Position numbers and translations under genes: made by a program. A stretch of 64,000 bases of DNA from an uncultured Pseudomonadota bacterium (GTDB lineage: Bacteria; Oederibacteriota; Muellerivitia; Muellerivitales; Muellerivitaceae). The notes under the pieces were generated by a model. That model was not told the DNA's origin. It saw nothing but the letters and a program-made list of their open reading frames with translations, and searched no databases. Of this stretch, positions 60,748-64,000 are shown in pieces; the stretch's first letter is position 1; every line of letters begins with the position of its first letter. The stretch is taken from positions 409,393 to 473,392 of the forward strand of contig CAWJKT010000011.1 in NCBI GenBank assembly GCA_963843375.1, in the 5' to 3' direction.

Positions 60748-63700
60748 GTGGCCCGGCCGCTCTTTTTAGACGCTCTCAAGAAAAAAGTCCTGATCTTCGA
60801 CGGAGCCATGGGCACGAACCTCCAGACTTATAACCTGACCAAAGAGGATTTCGGCGGCAAGGAAGGTCTCAACGACTACCTGGTCATCACCAAACCCCAA
60901 GTGGTTCGGGAAGTCCACGAGGGTTTTTTGAAAGCCGGTGTGGACTGCCTGGAAACCAACACCTTCGGTTCCAATCGACTGAAATTGGAAGAGTACGGCA
61001 TTGGTGACCAGATCGTCCAGGTCAATACCGCCGCCGTCCGGCTGGCCCGTGAGCTGGCGGATAAATATTCCACCCCCGACCAACCGCGCTTCGTGGTCGG
61101 CTCCATGGGCCCCACGGGCATGCTGCCGGCCTCGGAGGACCCCGACCTTGGCAAGATCACCGTCGACCAGTTGGAAGCCATCTATTACGAACAGGCCTGC
61201 ATCATGATCGACGCGGGCGTGGACGCCCTTCTGGTTGAGACCAGCCAGGACATTCTTGAAATGCGCGCGGCGGTTTTCGGCTGCCATCGGGCACGCACCG
61301 AGAAAAAATCCCCGGTCGGTCTCATGGCCCAAACCACTTTGGACACCACGGGGCGGATGCTCTTGGGCACCGACATTGGTTCGGTGCTTTCCACTTTCTC
61401 CCGTCTTCCCATCGACGTCATCGGCATGAACTGTTCCACGGGCCCAAAGGAAATGAAGGACCCGGTTCGGTACTTGGCTCAGTATTGCGAAATTCCAATT
61501 TCCACCATCCCCAACGCGGGTCTTCCGGAAAACCGGGGCGGCCAGGCGGTTTATCCCTTGAAGCCCGAGGCCCTGGCGGCGGCACTGAAGGAATTCGTCG
61601 AAGAGTTCGGCGTCAACGTGATTGGCGGCTGCTGTGGCACGACCCACGAGCATTTGCGCCAGGTGGTCCAGGCTATCGGCAACCGGGCGCCCAAAAAGCG
61701 CGAGGTGACACATCTTTGTAACGTCTCTTCCATGATCAAATCCGTCGATATGGACCAAGACCCCAAGCCCCTCATCGTGGGCGAGAGGGTGAATTCGCAA
61801 GGATCCCGGAAGATCAAGCAGATGCTTTTGGCGGATGATTACGAGGGTATGGTGGCGGTGGGCCGGGGTCAGGCTGAGGGCGGGGCCCATGTACTGGACA
61901 TCTGCGTGGCTCTCACCGAGCGACCCGACGAGAAGGACCAGATGAAGGCGGTCGTCAAGAAACTGGCCCTGGGGGTCGACACCCCGGTCATGATCGACTC
62001 CACCGAGGCGGATGTCATCGAGGCGGCGCTGAAGATATATCCGGGCCGGGCGATGGTGAATTCCATCAACCTGGAAGGAGACGGCTCCCGTGTGAAGCGG
62101 GTATGTCCGTTGATCAAGAAATACGGGGCTACCGTCGTGGCCATGACCATCGACGACCTTTATTATGACAAGTCCAAGCCTGCCGAAAAGGGCATGGCAA
62201 AAACCGCCGCCCGCAAGCTGGAAGTGGCCAAGAAAATAACCGACATCTGCCAAAAAGAATACGGCATACCCGCCGAAGACATCATCTTTGACGCCCTTAC
62301 CTTCACCCTAGCCACCGGCGAGGCGGAGTTCTTGAACTCGGCGGTGGAGACCATGGAAGGAATCAAATCCATTAAAAAAGAGATACCCGGAGTCAGGACC
62401 GTACTGGGCCTTTCGAACGTGTCTTTCGGGCTTTCCAAGCAGGCGCGCGAAGTGCTCAATTCGGTTTTCCTCTACCACTGCGTACACGCAGGGCTGGATA
62501 TGGCCATCCTGAACCCGGCGGACATCAAGCCCTATGCTTCCATCGCCGAGGACGAGCGCAAACTGGCCGACGACCTGGTCTTCAACCGCGACCCCCAAGC
62601 CCTGGCTCATTTCATCCAGCATTTCGCGGGCAAGGCGCCGGTAGAGTCCCAAGGCGCTGCCGACCCGACCGAGGGCATGACACCTGCCCAAAAGACGCAT
62701 TGGAAAATCGTCAACCGCAAGCCCGACAAGATTGAGGCGGACTTGGCCGAAGTGATGAAGGAAAAGACGGCGGTCGAGACCCTCAATACCGTGCTCCTTC
62801 CCGCCATGAAGGAAGTGGGGGACAAGTTCGGCTCCGGGGAGTTGATTTTGCCTTTCGTGCTCCAATCCGCCGAGGTCATGAAACGGGCTGTGGCTTATGT
62901 GGAGCAATTTCTTGATAAGTCTACGGCCACCACCAAAGGCACGGTGGTACTCGCCACGGTCTACGGCGATGTGCACGACATCGGTAAGAATCTAGTCCGC
63001 ACCATCCTTTCCAACAACGGTTACACGGTGCATGACCTGGGCAAGCAGGTGCCCATCTCCACCATCATCGCCAAGGCGCAGGAAGTAAAGGCCGACGCCA
63101 TCGGCCTCTCCGCTCTACTGGTCGTCACTTCCAAGCAAATGCCCATCTGCGTGCAAGAGCTGGAAAAGCTGGGGCTCAATTATCCCGTGGTCGTGGGCGG
63201 AGCCGCCATCAACCGCCGTTACGGCTACCGCATCAGCTTCGTGGATGAAAAGCTTTATGAGCCGGGCGTCTATTACGCCAAGGACGCCTTCGAGGGATTG
63301 GATATCCTCAACGCCCTTTCGGATTTGGCCAGCCGGGAAACCTTCCGCAATAAGGTGAAGGAAGAGGCGCTCACCTCCAAGGCCGCCGGGTTCGCCGACG
63401 CGAAAGTGGAAGAAGGGGAAGCTACGCCGGAAAAGTATCCTCCTACGGTCAAACCGGTATTGACCATCCCGAAGAACCCATTTGCAGGCACTTCCATAAT
63501 TAAGAAGGTTCCCTTGAGGGAAATCTGGCCCTACCTGGATCTTACCCAGCTTTACAAGTTGAACTGGGGAGTGAAAGGAAAGGACTCCGAAGAATACAAA
63601 CACCTGATCCAGACCCAATTCGAGCCCATGCGTCTTAAGATGCAGGACGAGATTTTGGCTAAGAACTGGTTTGAGCCCAAGCTGGTATATGGCTTCTGGT

Positions 63701-64000
63701 TGGCCAACTCCGACGGGAATGACCTGATCATTTACGACGGTAACAATCCTAAAAAAGAACTCGAACGCTTCAAGTTCCCCCGCCAAAGGGTGGGGCGACA
63801 TTTGTGCCTGTCGGATTATTTCAAGCCCGTGTCGTCGGGAGAGAAGGATGTGGTTGCCTTCCAAGTCGTCACCATTGGCGACAGGGCCACGGAAATCATT
63901 GAGCAGTTGAATAAGGATGGCAAATACAGCGATTCCTACTATTTACATGGTTTGGCGGTGCAAACCGCCGAGGCTATGGCGGAATGGATTCACCGCAGAA
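60748..64000 (+). CDS. metH: cobalamin-dependent methionine synthase (3' truncated by window)
   Basis: Read manually from GTG: FDGAMGT, ETNTFG, GMNCSTGP, PNAGLP, GGCCGT, GDVHDIGKN; absent from the ORF track because there is no stop in the window. Confidence 0.96.
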   Translation, partial: MARPLFLDALKKKVLIFDGAMGTNLQTYNLTKEDFGGKEGLNDYLVITKPQVVREVHEGFLKAGVDCLETNTFGSNRLKLEEYGIGDQIVQVNTAAVRLARELADKYSTPDQPRFVVGSMGPTGMLPASEDPDLGKITVDQLEAIYYEQACIMIDAGVDALLVETSQDILEMRAAVFGCHRARTEKKSPVGLMAQTTLDTTGRMLLGTDIGSVLSTFSRLPIDVIGMNCSTGPKEMKDPVRYLAQYCEIPISTIPNAGLPENRGGQAVYPLKPEALAAALKEFVEEFGVNVIGGCCGTTHEHLRQVVQAIGNRAPKKREVTHLCNVSSMIKSVDMDQDPKPLIVGERVNSQGSRKIKQMLLADDYEGMVAVGRGQAEGGAHVLDICVALTERPDEKDQMKAVVKKLALGVDTPVMIDSTEADVIEAALKIYPGRAMVNSINLEGDGSRVKRVCPLIKKYGATVVAMTIDDLYYDKSKPAEKGMAKTAARKLEVAKKITDICQKEYGIPAEDIIFDALTFTLATGEAEFLNSAVETMEGIKSIKKEIPGVRTVLGLSNVSFGLSKQAREVLNSVFLYHCVHAGLDMAILNPADIKPYASIAEDERKLADDLVFNRDPQALAHFIQHFAGKAPVESQGAADPTEGMTPAQKTHWKIVNRKPDKIEADLAEVMKEKTAVETLNTVLLPAMKEVGDKFGSGELILPFVLQSAEVMKRAVAYVEQFLDKSTATTKGTVVLATVYGDVHDIGKNLVRTILSNNGYTVHDLGKQVPISTIIAKAQEVKADAIGLSALLVVTSKQMPICVQELEKLGLNYPVVVGGAAINRRYGYRISFVDEKLYEPGVYYAKDAFEGLDILNALSDLASRETFRNKVKEEALTSKAAGFADAKVEEGEATPEKYPPTVKPVLTIPKNPFAGTSIIKKVPLREIWPYLDLTQLYKLNWGVKGKDSEEYKHLIQTQFEPMRLKMQDEILAKNWFEPKLVYGFWLANSDGNDLIIYDGNNPKKELERFKFPRQRVGRHLCLSDYFKPVSSGEKDVVAFQVVTIGDRATEIIEQLNKDGKYSDSYYLHGLAVQTAEAMAEWIHRR

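Noticed and set aside
60766..63864. Long minus-strand ORFs
   Set aside because: Antisense shadows of metH

Overview
Bacterial chromosomal window of mid-range GC, by eye. A TonB-dependent receptor and a GT9 heptosyltransferase point to a diderm. Secreted Thr/Pro-linker proteins with T9SS-CTD-like tails suggest, by inference only, an uncultured FCPU426/Goldbacteria-like lineage. Left part: polysaccharide-active and surface proteins (GH12 end, GH30, a 1570-aa protein with 22 x 66-bp repeats), NHL proteins, Hsp20, pirin and UppP. Next come two patches of heavily frameshifted genes (probably read errors), a divergent GATase-transglutaminase / transglutaminase-DUF2126 pair, malic enzyme, GT9 and a decayed island with HigBA beside tRNA-Asn. 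The housekeeping block is tRNA-Arg-tadA-tRNA-Ala-tRNA-Ser-ffs-dnaX-ybaB-recR. The most interesting feature is a minus-strand metal-acquisition operon: a His/CxxC/RAPP upstream ORF (CruR/DUF2946-like), a TonB-dependent receptor, an ABC ATPase and permease, an HGG protein and three DUF3299 paralogues. A GDT1 exporter and a tiny His-rich exported peptide lie nearby. The window ends inside metH. All family calls are by motif recognition; no database search was run.
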